From Tubiluchus corallicola (lineage: Eukaryota; Animalia; Priapulida): a DNA stretch of 60,460 nt. The stretch lies in contig JAQGDQ010000786.1 of NCBI GenBank assembly GCA_030141605.1, forward strand, positions 35,488-95,947, read 5' to 3'. Within the stretch, counting starts at the first letter, position 1, and each line of letters begins with the position of its first letter. The translations under genes and the position numbers were made by a program. A model generated the notes under the pieces. That model worked only from the letters and a program-made list of their open reading frames with translations. It made no database searches and was not told the origin of the DNA. Shown here piece after piece: positions 1 to 11,721 of this stretch.

Positions 1-237
1 CTGTCTCTCCTCCATCTCATCCTCCTCTGTCATTGGTTTACACCCATTTCTGGCTTCATGAAACAGACATTTCACAACTGTCTCTCCTCCATCTCATCCT
101 CCTCTGTCATTGGTTTACACCCATTTCTGGCTTCATGAGACAGACATTTCACAACTGTCTCTCGTCCATCTCACCCTCCTCTGTCATTGGTTTACACCCA
201 TTTCTGGCTTCATGAGACAGACATTTCACAACTGCCT
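1..237. repeat. 77-bp tandem repeat, at least 3 copies (cut by window edge)
   Basis: The unit CTGTCTCTCCTCCATCTC...ACATTTCACAA recurs at 1, 78, 155 and 232. Confidence 0.95.
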
Positions 238-699
238 CTCCTGTAACTCTTTCTTAGCTCCCCACTTTCACTTGACCTCTTCTTATACCTTTTTTCAATT
301 AAAAATTGCAAAAGCAGAAAAACTTAAAACGAAAAATCATCTTAGCCAAGCATACCTGGTCCAATGGCACAGAAATCTATCAGACCAAGCTACAATGGCA
401 GGCAGGAGGGCAGAAAATGTCCACAGCAGCAAGGTTGGTAGAAACTCCACAATAAAAGGGCTCTAGAAAGAAAACAAAAGATAGTGTGGATTTTAAGACT
501 GTTGAACAACCTCATTACAATTAACTGACTCCTAAGTTATGCAGATCTTAAGCTCAGCATCTAAATTTTGATACTTCAAAAGCAGAACAATTAAAAGGAA
601 GTTTTAAAGCTATTATATTAAAAAAAATGCATTGACAACAGGCAAACAGGAAAAGTTAAATTAAAACAAATTACAATGCTAGTAAATCTATATACACCT

Positions 700-1195
700 T
701 AAGGTGACATACACATTTCAGTGGTCATAATGTACACTTAACAACAGAAGTTGTGGCTGAGCAGTTCGATCCTTGAACGTCTCCGAGGGGCACACCTGGG
801 CAAGGTGTATGGGGATCCTGAGTTGCCCAGACCGCAGGAACCCCCTCTCTTCCTCCCTGGTGTAGTCCAAAGGAAAGTGGAGCAATACGTTTGGCACCAG
901 ATTGGCTGCAGGATCTGCCAGAATCAGTGAGCATGCTGCACTGGTCCGCCTTCGGGGCTCCACTCCTGATTTGGAAGGTTTACTCCTCTACACGTGGCCA
1001 TTGGATCACTTGACCTCCTCCGCCCTCTAGCCGTTGGCTGCTTGTGCAGCTCCTCCGCCTAGTGTCGAGATTCAGTGTGGGCATCCCGCAAGCCTACAGC
1101 ATCTGGTATTCTTATGCGGTCACCCATCCAAGTACTAACCAGACTCTACGTTGCTTAACTTCGGTGATCAGACGAGAACCGGTGTTTTCAACGTG
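700..1195 (-). mobile_element. Candidate 5S rRNA-derived SINE (SINE3-type) in a TMEM63 intron
   Basis: 5S-like head at about 1091-1195 fused without an oligo-T terminator to about 390 bp of GC-rich body. Flanked by the direct repeat ATACACCT (692-699 and 1196-1203). Confidence 0.65.
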
Positions 1196-1209
1196 ATACA
1201 CCTATTAGC
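1091..1209 (-). pseudogene. 5S rRNA-like sequence (5' end diverged or truncated)
   Basis: Reverse complement reads CACGTTGAAAACACCGGTTCTCGTCTGATCACCGAAGTTAAGCAACGT...GGTTAGTACTTGGATGGGTGACCGC...GCTGTAGGCT, with A-box and C-box recognisable. The first 13 or so nt do not match 5S. Confidence 0.9.
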
Positions 1210-1280
1210 TTATCACCATTATGAACAACCTGCGCCTAATTTTTTTAACAAGACCCAATTTTTTAAGTCTCATTACTCAC

Positions 1281-1434
1281 TCTTTTGATAACAGCAGCCT
1301 GGTTGTAGAAAATGGCATCCAAAGAAGAAATGATAATCGTGGGCGTGGTCAGAAAGAATAATACGATGAACAGGAAGCCGTTTACGCAAATTGACCTCAC
1401 CGCGACCCGACCGAGAGGTTCCGATAAATTCTCC
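1281..1434 (-). CDS. TMEM63: TMEM63 exon 12 (gene continues past the left edge)
   Basis: ATTTACAG acceptor and GTGAGT donor. Encodes ENLSEPLGRVAVRSICVNGFLFIVLFFLTTPTIIISSLD (WENL and LFFLTTP motifs). Confidence 0.95.
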
Positions 1435-2022
1435 CTGTAAATAAAAACAAATATTTCTTACTTTTATAGTTATTTTTATAATATAAATAGCGAACGGTAA
1501 AGACAGGAAAAAACTAAAAAATCTAGGGAAAAAATTCAATGTGAAATACACTACAGTAAGTTCTGGCTTAACGCCACAAATGCATTCCAGCAAAATGACA
1601 TTAAGCGAAGCCAAGTCTTTGATAGAAACTAATGTAAAAGAATTGAGATACGCTCCACAGGCAAAAATACAAGTTCTTATGAGTTTTATTCATATTTCTA
1701 CTGATTAATTTCTTTCTGCTTGCCTGAAACTACCTATTTTTACTACCAATACCTAGCTAGCAGTTTCTCCTTCTTTAACGTAGAAACCCTAACCAGTTGG
1801 CCGTTAAACAGTGCATGGAGAAGCCAAGTCCTAGGATGACATTGAGACAGTTTCATCAACATACTTAGTTGCTATAGCAACAGGTTTTAGGCCAAACTCC
1901 TTCGTATCAAGTTTGCACTCACGTCTCACTTGATACAAAATGCAAACATTTAGCAGTCAGTCGGGGGGGGGGGGGGGGGGTAAGACCAAAAACATAAATA
2001 ATTGTTCTGTATTATGTTACTA

Positions 2023-2508
2023 TAGGGTTCCCACAGAATTCTAAAAAAAATTTCCATGACTTTTCCCTGACAAAATATTGATTTTCCATGACCAAGACAA
2101 GCAGAAATTGCATTACCAGTATATACATATACAAACATTTCTTTGTATGGACATTCATACATATATTGATATATATATATAATGTGTTGGGACAGTTGCA
2201 GTAGTGCTAACGAAATTACACTAATCACATTAAATAAACTAATCCAATCATTATTTATAGAACAGAAATCGAAACTAGGAGCCTGCCGTAGCAAAATTTT
2301 ATTGGAATACAAAATGCTGAAAAATATGTTTAGAAAAATATTGGTTCACGGTGATTATTATTGCAACCCTTTCCAATTTTCCTGACCTTTCGCCCCATTT
2401 TCATCATTTTCCCTGACTTTTTACCAAATTATCCCTTTCCCTGACTTTTCCATGACTTTCCAGGATAGGCCGTATTTTCAAGGATTTTTCCTGACCGTGG
2501 GGAACCCG
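2023..2508. mobile_element. hAT-like MITE
   Basis: Termini TAGGGTTCCCAC and GTGGGGAACCC, many subterminal TTCC(C/A)TGAC repeats, and the flanking direct repeat GTTACTA. Confidence 0.75.
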
Positions 2509-3309
2509 TTACTAGTGTATTTTTACTAGTGTTATTTTTTACAATACATACTAATTTAATGTTTCAAATTAAGAAAATATTGTTAATAATAAATAATGGC
2601 ATTAAGCAAAGTGAAAAATCGTCATTAAGATGAAACAAGCGTCGTTAAGTGAGAAAAACGTGTCAAATGCTCAGCGAGCTAAAATGAAAATGTCACTAAA
2701 TAGAGAGACGTTAAGAGAGCACTTGCAGTAGTGATAAAATACACTCATATCTCGGTTTGCCGGATAAAATCAGGGAGACGTCTGTCCAAATTTGCCGAAT
2801 GTCCTCATTAACCGGTATTACTATCACGGTAACGTAGAATCAATCGCTTATTTGTCTCAAAAACGTCTAGTATGGGCCGCTTGTATTCAAATATATATAA
2901 AAACTGTCGGTAATTTCACTCAAATAACTTCTCATAACTGACTCTATAATTTTTCTGCACGTGCTTAAATAAGATACTTTTGTGTGACCAATGAGCTTTT
3001 ACTATGTTTATGTCGTCTTCGCTTTTGTGCACTATAATATACGTAAAACAGTCACTTTCAGTACATTTGTTACATGCTACTTGGTTATACTGATGTAACG
3101 ACGTAAACAAAGTGACGACCCGCCAACTTGCAATCAGCTCGCGAAACAGCAGACTGTGTCCATAGCATGCAGGACTTTTTAATGGTCCAGATTTCATCCG
3201 ATTCTTCCAACATCCATAAAAACGACGTTCAGCATACCGAGATATGAGTGCCCATACTGCTGTCTAGTAACAGTACCAATAGTTATCTAGGAAAGTTCAG
3301 TTGTTATAC

Positions 3310-3435
3310 CAATAAATGTCTTGTGGAGCTGGAGCGTACTTCACTTGCCAATCAAACGTTCTCAATCTTGAAGTGAGGGAGGACGAAAGAGGTCCACCTC
3401 CGGCTGAGAATGACAAAGCGTAGTCCTGCACGAAC
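3310..3435 (-). CDS. TMEM63: TMEM63 exon 11
   Basis: TTCTACAG acceptor and GTATAA donor. Encodes FVQDYALS...WQVKYAPAPQDIY(W), matching the APxPxDIxW motif. Confidence 0.93.
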
Positions 3436-3917
3436 CTGTAGAATCGTAGAAATAACACCGAGTTGTACAGTAAAAGTTGAACATGTTAACAATGACTGTT
3501 TTTATGAACTAAATAAAGTAACAAGTTTCGATACAATTTTGATTTGACCAACCTTAGCCATAACTCAGCTATCGTACGGCAGACATGTATATTCAAAGCA
3601 AATTTGATTAAAAAGACAAGAAAAGGAGTACCCGAAGATGTTTTCAGAAAAATTGACTTAAAAAATTATCTTACTTTACAGCAATTTTGTACATATATCG
3701 TACTTGTGTTAAAAGGAATTTTTGTTTGTTTAAATTTTAAATCTTTGTCAAAACCGTTCCGACGCCACCACTACATGAGGAAGAAATGGAAATATTAAAT
3801 TATGACCCAAAAAACTTTCCGTGCAAGTCTATATTAGTGCTATCCATCTTAGCAATTCGCTTACCTGCTGGAAAGACTTATATAACTAGAAATAATAATT
3901 TAAAATGTTTGTGCCAA

Positions 3918-4168
3918 TTGGTAAAATGTCATTGACTCACCCTCCAGGGTGCACCACTCACTAACCAAAAACGTATTTTAAATCTTATTGAAAGATTTTA
4001 CTTAGTAATTTAAAATTTTACTCAGTTAGTTCAAGTGCGCTACGAATGCTCTGATTATTTTTTCAAACATTACGCAATGTTATCTAAACTTGTTTCAAAT
4101 GTCCAACCATCAAAATGGCTGCCACTAACGGTCATCGCGGGAGTTTAAATTTACACGTTTTATACACC
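3918..4168. mobile_element. Dispersed repeat family E (related copies at about 11260-11510 and 25309-25550 in the opposite orientation)
   Basis: Shared segments AAAATGGCTGC..CTAACGGTCATCGC.GGAGTTTAAATTTAC and TTGGTAAAATGTC..TGACTCACCCTCCAGGGT. Confidence 0.8.
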
Positions 4169-4471
4169 AAGCCCTGCATACAAAAAAGCAGTATGTCAGT
4201 GGTCAAGACAATTTTTGTAAGCTTTATGTAGGTGGACGGTTTTCTTGTGCTTCAACTAATAAAAACAGAAAAATAAAAGTGAAATCTGCACCACCCACAA
4301 CTGACCCAGTAACTGTCCCTACGAAGCTTTTTCCATCACGACAGCTGCTATAGCTTGATTACAAGCTCCACGTAAAATGATGAGTTACTCTGCCTGAAGA
4401 CATGAGAACTGGACAGAGACAGAAAACACTCAAAGGTGCTTAACTTCAATTCTGCTCTCCTTTTGCACCTC

Positions 4472-4856
4472 AATAAGCATTTTCACACTTCCAGCGATTG
4501 ATGATGATCGTGAAAGGTCAAAGGTTAAGTGTACCAGACAACACATTTGTGTACACTTGACAACGCCTCACAGCCCATGCTGTTGTAATATTAACAGTTT
4601 TAAGAGCTAGCTAGAACCTTTCCTAGTTTATTTTTCTTGTTCCCAAACAAGATCCTGCCAGCAAATCACTCTATGCACGAACTAATACACAATTAAGTAA
4701 ATTCCACTTAAAACAACTGAAGTTACTGAACAGACGGCAGACTGCTTTGCTTTACTGACATGCCACGTAACGGTTGTAGCGCGCTCCTATAGTACACTTA
4801 ATCTTTGACCTGCAACAACTGCGCGTGTGCACAACAAAATTGTGAAAAGGGTTATT
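4472..4856. mobile_element. MITE family A (about 385 bp; TIR AATAAGCCTTTTCACA), copy 1
   Basis: Inverted termini, and internal sequence shared with five other copies in the window. Confidence 0.88.
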
Positions 4857-5577
4857 TAGATGCTTTCTCCAAATGTTATGAACTTGGAAATTGGTAACAC
4901 TAACAGCAAAGAATCCAATCTCTGGTGTTATTCAGAAACTAGCTCACAGCACAGCAAAGATGCCTTGATGGAAGATTTAAGCTCAGGAATAATATGACAA
5001 AGAGAATACGGCATAACTGTAACTGCAATATGCATAACGACACTTATTTATTGGAAGGTGCTGCCCTCTACTACGAAGAGGAAAGGACAGGAGAACAATG
5101 ATGGTCGCGTTTTAATTTACAGCAATGTTTTTTGTCGTTATTGTGTTATAGTTAATAACAGCGTTTAGTTATAACCAAATTTGTACCTTGAGAAATTTTA
5201 AATCTTGACGAAGAGCCAACGATGTAAGTTACATGAACTTAAATAATTTAATTAAGTTATGAATTCGATCTCTGAAATTTGAGAAAGTACTTTTACAAAT
5301 AAGTTGACTTTTTCTTAATTATTAAGCTTCTGTTTATCATTCTATTTATTTTCGTTACTTGTTAATGTTCTCTTTATTATTCTCTTTAGAATAAACGACT
5401 TTGGAACATGAATGAATTAGTGAAGGCTTTCTGTTCATAACAATAACAGTGGGTGTATGATATAGATCATGTTTTAACTGCACTAGAGAGGATTTGTTTT
5501 TTAAAACATCAGATTTGAATTATAAAAAAGCTAAATTTCAAATTAACAAAAACATTTTTCCCATTTTTGCCACCTAC

Positions 5578-5823
5578 CTGTGAGCCATGTTATCAGTTTG
5601 GAAAGTAACAAAAGCTATCCCTAGAACATCCTGAAATGCAGTCAACCTTTCCTGTTCGCACTTTTGAAACATTTCCCTCTCTTCGCCGTTATAGAAGTCT
5701 ATGGCATCTACTTTCTCTCCGCAGCAACAGATGGAGCCACACGTGTATGTTCTGCACAGCGGTCTCTCCCCGGTTTTGACGAGTTTTTGCTCGCACCAGA
5801 CTTTTGCCTCCTGAGCCGTTTGC
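5578..5823 (-). CDS. TMEM63: TMEM63 exon 10
   Basis: TTTTTTAACAG acceptor and GTAGGT donor. Encodes QTAQEAKVWCE...CGSICCCGEKVDAIDFY...LGIAFVTFQ (VDAIxFY and AFVTF motifs). Phase 2 to 2. Confidence 0.95.
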
Positions 5824-6060
5824 CTGTTAAAAAATTGTCGTACCTTTCACCAAATGCATAATATAAATTTGAAAAAATGAGGGTGACAGAGTCTGAATAC
5901 AGCGTCTACAGAGATCGGTGAATTGGGACATTGCTACAGCCAGACAAAGATGCTTAGACACTGTCTAAGATCATGTATAAATTTACTATAAAACGACCGA
6001 CAATGAATTTACGTATAGGAAGGTAACTCGATGCTATTAGGATTTTGTAGATAGGTAAGA

Positions 6061-6698
<638 letters not shown>

Positions 6699-8049
6699 AA
6701 GAGTGGCAGTGTTATGGCAGTCGCAACCCACACTGACCTCTACTCTTCTACACTGGGCTAAAATTACAATTCTGAACTAATCTTTTTTAAATACGCTTAA
6801 AAATATTTTAAATATGCGCTAATCTTATTACTGCTACTGCCGGTGTGTTTTTGTGCGTAGCGAAAGAAAAGCGGGCCCGGCGACCTAGCTAGAAAACATG
6901 CATTGTACGAGTGTGACGGTGAATAATCTTTTAAAGTGCAGAATCATTCACTCAATGAGGTTTTAATTGTAAATTCAAACACAAGATGTAGCTGAATGTC
7001 AAACTAAAGCCTCACTATAATATAAGCCTTTACAACTTAAAATTCTACTCGCATTACGAATAATCAATCTTTTTTATTATAAACTTACTGAAAAACTGTT
7101 TCTTTTGATGCTTTATCACTTCGTTGTTAGGAGCAACAAATTTGACGAACCGCCATTTTTCGTTGCGCGAAACGAATGACGTTACCAGCACTATCGTGTT
7201 TACCAAAGATTGGTAAACAAACATCGGTAACCAAAGACGCAATCTGTATTACGTACGTCATTCTCGCTCACTCGCACCAAAGACGACAAACTTGGTGATC
7301 TTTACGGCAATGCATGCGTTCGAAATTCGCCAAAAAAGGTAAGCTATTTAATTTACATTTCTCTTGTTTAATAATAACGATGAATTCTTTGTGTAATCAT
7401 AATAATGAGTTAAATAAACTTCAGCATCTGTTCGGTTATATAGGCCTTTAATTACTCATAGCGTAAGGACCCCAACGACACGTGGCCGGATTTGGCTGAA
7501 CATACTGATCGCACATGGAACGCGTTTTTGCTTAGAATTAACGTGTGATATTTCCAGTACACACCTGTCCTGTAGTAGCTTATTTTTTGCTTCCAAAAAA
7601 TACACAAAAATCTTACTAAATGGATATATCTGTAGCACATAACTTGTAAGACTAATAAGCAAGCTAGCAAGTTTTTTTTCTTTTTTCTCCTCATCTCCTA
7701 AGGAATTGTTACTCTTTCTCATACTTACATTTTCTCATAAATTTTTCTATATTACACTTCTTTGATGCTTTTTTTCTTTCCATACTCTCAGTTTTTAACT
7801 TTACTCACTAACCTTGGTCAAATTCCCCTGTTAATAAGACCCCATTTGAAACTACTACTACATAATTATAATAATCCTAATTACTGAATAATTGTATTGT
7901 TTTGTTTAAATTTAGGTATATAACTTTATTATTTTTTGTTTTCAGTTCTTTTTGGATAATTTGTATCATTTATACTGTTTTTATTATTATTTATTTGTTT
8001 TTGTTTTTGTTATCTGCAGCATCACCATTAATTTTTAATATACGAATCT

Positions 8050-8506
8050 ATTTATAAGAAAGGGCAAGAGACTAGATGACCCTATGGTCCTTCCCTGCCC
8101 TACTCCATGATTATAATTACTTAATATTTAAAAAACTTTTGATGTTAAACTAATTGGAGAAAATAAATGTTCTATGTCTATGTCTATGACTATGACTATA
8201 TCTATGTCTATGTCTATGTCTATGTCGAGGTCTATGTCTATGTCTATGTCTATGCCTTTAAGTGTGTCTATGTCTATGTCTATGTCTGTGTCTGTGTCTG
8301 TGTCTGTGTCTATGTCTATGTCTATGACTATGTCTATATCTATGTCTATGTCTATGTCTATGTCGAGGTCTATGTCTATGTCTATGTCTATGTCTATGCC
8401 TATAAGTGTGTCTATGTCTATGTCTATGTCTATGCCTATAAGTGTGTCTATGTCTATGTCTATGTCTATGTCTATGTCTATGTCTGTGTCTGTGTCTATG
8501 TCTATG
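8050..8506 (+). mobile_element. LINE 3' end (L2/CR1-group-like stem-loop and AATAAA) with (TATGTC)n microsatellite tail at 8171-8506
   Basis: Hairpin AGGGCA..GACCCTATGGTC..TGCCCT, then GAAAATAAA and the hexamer array. Confidence 0.6.
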
Positions 8507-8529
8507 TAGTGCTGCTACTCATAACATAC

Positions 8530-8610
8530 CTTACTGTTTCCAATCTCATAAGCTTCCTAATGTTGTATGCAAACTGGATATCTTGAATAACCGCATCCGG
8601 ATATGCTTCT
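8530..8610 (-). CDS. TMEM63: TMEM63 exon 9
   Basis: TGTTGCAG acceptor and GTATGT donor. Encodes EAYPDAVIQDIQFAYNIRKLMRLETV. Phase 2 to 2. Confidence 0.92.
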
Positions 8611-8838
8611 CTGCAACAGAGGTATGAACACGTCAGACTAATGATGATAATTCACTAATTACGTTACGCAATGTAGATCCTACTTTACGAAGAAGCTAAA
8701 TCAAACTTTTATTATTAAATTCCAAACACAAACAACTACAAAATTAGGTTTCACTATTTCAACCAATTCTTATCAATAAACTACACAGGTAAATCAAGCA
8801 ACATAAACCTATTAGCTAAAAAATAACAAACTAGACAG

Positions 8839-9392
8839 TTAAAGGAAAACCGGACGATTGCTTATATTCAAACTCATTATAATTTACTGTCCAAAATATA
8901 CGTTTTCTTCCCTATAAAAGTTAACAATTATTTCTTATATTTCGATAATTAGTTTAGAAAGTTAATTAACGGCAACACAGCTATTGGTTACTTCACAAAC
9001 TAACCACAATTTGTGCAATGGCAGGCATTTTCCCTTGCGCATCAAGAACGTTTGCGTAAGTGTTTCAGTACTGCTTAAATGCATGATAGGTCACGAAAAT
9101 GGGCTCTACGTCATATGATGTCAGAAACTAACACAGCAGTTCATGATCATGGTTATCACGGTACCGCCTTCTATTTGTCAGCGATGCGCACTTGACAAAA
9201 AGGCACTGCTGCCAGTCTTAGTAAATTCACTGAGCCGGGCGTAGCTCTGAAAGTTCAACGACATTTGAGTATCCGAGGTAATTATTGTTTAATCTAAACA
9301 TTGATTAAAAAAAAAGCTACAGTAGTTTTCAATATTGTAGAGCATTCTTTATTCTGAACTAATGTTGACACAATCGTCCGGTTTTCTTTTAA
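8839..9392. mobile_element. TTAA-flanked Kolobok-like MITE family B, copy 1
   Basis: TTAA-AGGAAAACCGGACGATTG ... CAATCGTCCGGTTTTCTT-TTAA. Confidence 0.85.
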
Positions 9393-9673
9393 AAATGAAA
9401 CTACCGACACTGTTAAATACTTACAGAACAATAACGGGTTTTCACTGTTATCCAGAGAAAAAGATTTCCCATATATTTTTTTGGCTACTTGGTTTTGTAC
9501 AGGAATTTACTGACAAAACTTGAGAAAACTATTTTCGTCGTTTGTAAAAAGTAAAATAATAGTTCAGCTTCGGATAATCTAACCAGTAACAATTTTTCTA
9601 TATTAAGCTATTAACAACACACAGGAATTCTGCATTGAAGACGAAGCAAAATATTAAAATATTAACAACCCAC

Positions 9674-9747
9674 CGAAAGTGTTCAAGTAATAACTCTTTG
9701 TCACAGCCGTCTTTTGGTATGTTACAAATAATGACGGTTCTTACAAC
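9674..9747 (-). CDS. TMEM63: TMEM63 exon 8
   Basis: TTTTTTCAG acceptor and GTGGGT donor. Encodes VVRTVIICNIPKDGCDKELLLEHF. Phase 0 to 2. Confidence 0.92.
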
Positions 9748-9826
9748 CTGAAAAAACATGCACAAGATTATCAATCCATTCGTATTTGATAAATTGATAC
9801 AATGACACTTTTAACAAGAACGTTAC

Positions 9827-9950
9827 TTAAAGGAAAACTGGACCGAATCTTAAACTTTAGGTTAAACCAATCTGCTCTTTAAAATATTGAAAGATAACAT
9901 GCTATTTTTTAAAGAATGATCTACGTGAAAGAATATTACCACACGCACGC
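9827..9950. mobile_element. MITE fragment, family C (related to about 50487-50615)
   Basis: Shares CAATCT.CTCTTTAAAATATTGAAAG...TACGTGAAAGAAT with the second locus and begins TTAAAGGAAAAC. Confidence 0.65.
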
Positions 9951-9954
9951 ACTC

Positions 9955-10120
9955 AGATAGTGATATTGATAGTGATATTGATAGCGATAGTGATAATGAT
10001 AGCGATAGTGATATTGATAGCGATAGTGATATTAATAGTGATAGTGACAATGATAGCAATAGCAATAGCAATAGTAATAGTAATGATGATGATGATGCTG
10101 ATGATCATCATCATCATCAT
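9955..10120. repeat. Degenerate (GATAGT/GAT)n microsatellite
   Basis: Directly visible. Confidence 0.9.
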
Positions 10121-10276
10121 AAAACGTGACAAGTATCAATCTACAGGCACCTAATAATGCCATAACTTAAAAACATTGTCCATCTACAGATAGACAGAAG
10201 TGTACTGTATACCTAGAATGGAATAAAGGGCACAGATTCAAGAACCCAGTAAAAAATAACAAACAGTTTCACTCAC

Positions 10277-10388
10277 TAGTTCCTCCTTTGAGTGCCGCAC
10301 GGTGCGGGAAAAGCGGTGCATCAGAAACACGACCAACACCAGAAACAAAGGAGCCAGCAACGTGTGAACCCATAGCAGTCCAGAAGAC
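10277..10388 (-). CDS. TMEM63: TMEM63 exon 7
   Basis: TTTTTACAG acceptor and GTGAGT donor. Encodes SSGLLWVHTLLAPLFLVLVVFLMHRF... (LWxH transmembrane segment). Phase 2 to 0. Confidence 0.93.
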
Positions 10389-10480
10389 CTGTAAAAATCA
10401 TAATGAAAATAACGAACAAATCTGCACAACACGTTCACGCAACAAACCATACATTACGGTGGAAAAAGTGCGAGTCCTCC

Positions 10481-11007
10481 TTAAAGGAAAACCGGACGAT
10501 TGTGTAGACGTTAGTTCAAAATAAAGTATGCTCTAAAATCAAAGCTTACACTAAATAATAATTACCCAAGACAGTTAAATTATGTTAACTTTCAAAGCTA
10601 CTTGCCATTCAGCGAATCCACTAAGACTGGCAGTGGTGCCTTTTTGTCTTATTTGTGAAGCCGACAAATAGGCACGGTACCGTGATAAGCACGATCGTGA
10701 ACTGCAGTGTTGGTTTGTGACATCTTTATGAAGTAGACCTCATTTTCATGACATGACATCAGCGTCTTACAGCAATCTTTGCTTATGCAAACATGCTTGA
10801 AGCACAGGGAAGATGCCTACCATTGCACAAACTGTGGTTAGTTTGTGATGTAAGCGATAGCTGTGTTCGGTTGCTGTTAATTAACTTCCTAAGGTAATTG
10901 TTCAAATACTAGAAACAATTGCAAACTTTTATAGGCAAGAAAATGAATATTTTGGACAGTAAATTAAAATGAGATTGAGTCCAATCAATTGTCAGGTTTT
11001 CCTTTTA
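10481..11007. mobile_element. MITE family B, copy 2, inverted relative to copy 1
   Basis: The reverse complement of its right end (AAAGGAAAACCTGACAATTG...AATTTACTGTCCAAAATAT) matches the left end of 8839-9392, and similarity continues throughout. Confidence 0.88.
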
Positions 11008-11048
11008 GAAGAAAAAACATTTAATTTCAATACAATGACAGAACTTAC

Positions 11049-11103
11049 GTATTCGGATCGATATTCAAGATTGTAGTATGAGCAAACTGGTTTTCTGGTG
11101 CGG
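11049..11103 (-). CDS. TMEM63: TMEM63 exon 6
   Basis: TTTCTAG acceptor and GTAAGT donor. Encodes APENQFAHTTILNIDPN (FxxTTIxN motif). Phase 1 to 2. Confidence 0.92.
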
Positions 11104-11259
11104 CTAGAAATGAAAAAAATCAGTTATGAAATGAATCTGCTTTTTAAAAACAGAATAATAAAGCACAAGAAAACACATTTCATAAATACAGTTAAAAAAA
11201 TTCATCTTGAAATTTTATATGATTTACATGCTGTCTTATTGCATGCAGAGGTTGCATTA

Positions 11260-11510
11260 GTATAAAATTTGTAAATTTAAACTCCTATGATGACCATTAG
11301 GCGCAGCCATTTTAATGGCAGGTTCGTTTGAAACAAGCTCAGATAACATTGCATAAAGTTACAAGAAATAAGTTACAAAGCATTTGTAGTACGCTCTTTG
11401 CTAACCATTGCAAATACATAAATTACTTTACGTCATCAGTAAGACCAATGGTATGTTTTTGTGAACCAGTGTTGCACACTGGGATGGCGATGCGGCAAAA
11501 TTTTACCAAG
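11260..11510. mobile_element. Dispersed repeat family E copy
   Basis: GTAAATTTAAACTCCT..GATGACC.TTAG..GCAGCCATTTT ... ATTTTACCAA. Confidence 0.75.
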
Positions 11511-11721
11511 TGACGCGAATATTTTAAATTATTGAAAATGCAAGTCTTTCAAACAAGTAAGCTTAATGTTAAGTGATCTAACTTTGTATGGCAAGCTCTT
11601 TGAGATGTATTCCCTTTTCTTCCCTTTTAACAAGGGAAATTATGTCTAAATTAAACAAGTGTCATAAAATAAGCAAGCACACAGCAGACAATTCTCTGCA
11701 ATTTTCACACAAACAGCTTAC

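Noticed and set aside
1091-1209. Functional 5S rRNA gene
   Set aside because: The 5' end cannot pair with the 3' end, there is no oligo-T terminator, and it is a single intronic copy flanked by a TSD-like repeat.
1273-1614. 113-aa ORF from the ORF track as a separate gene
   Set aside because: It overlaps TMEM63 exon 12 in a different frame, and the spliced frame carries the conserved WENL/FFLTTP motifs.
1963-1980. Poly-G runs (also about 35016 and 41197) as G-quadruplex elements
   Set aside because: These are simple homopolymers of uncertain assembled length with no shared context.
8167-8627. YV/MS/CL dipeptide ORFs
   Set aside because: These are translations of the (TATGTC)n microsatellite, antisense to a TMEM63 intron.
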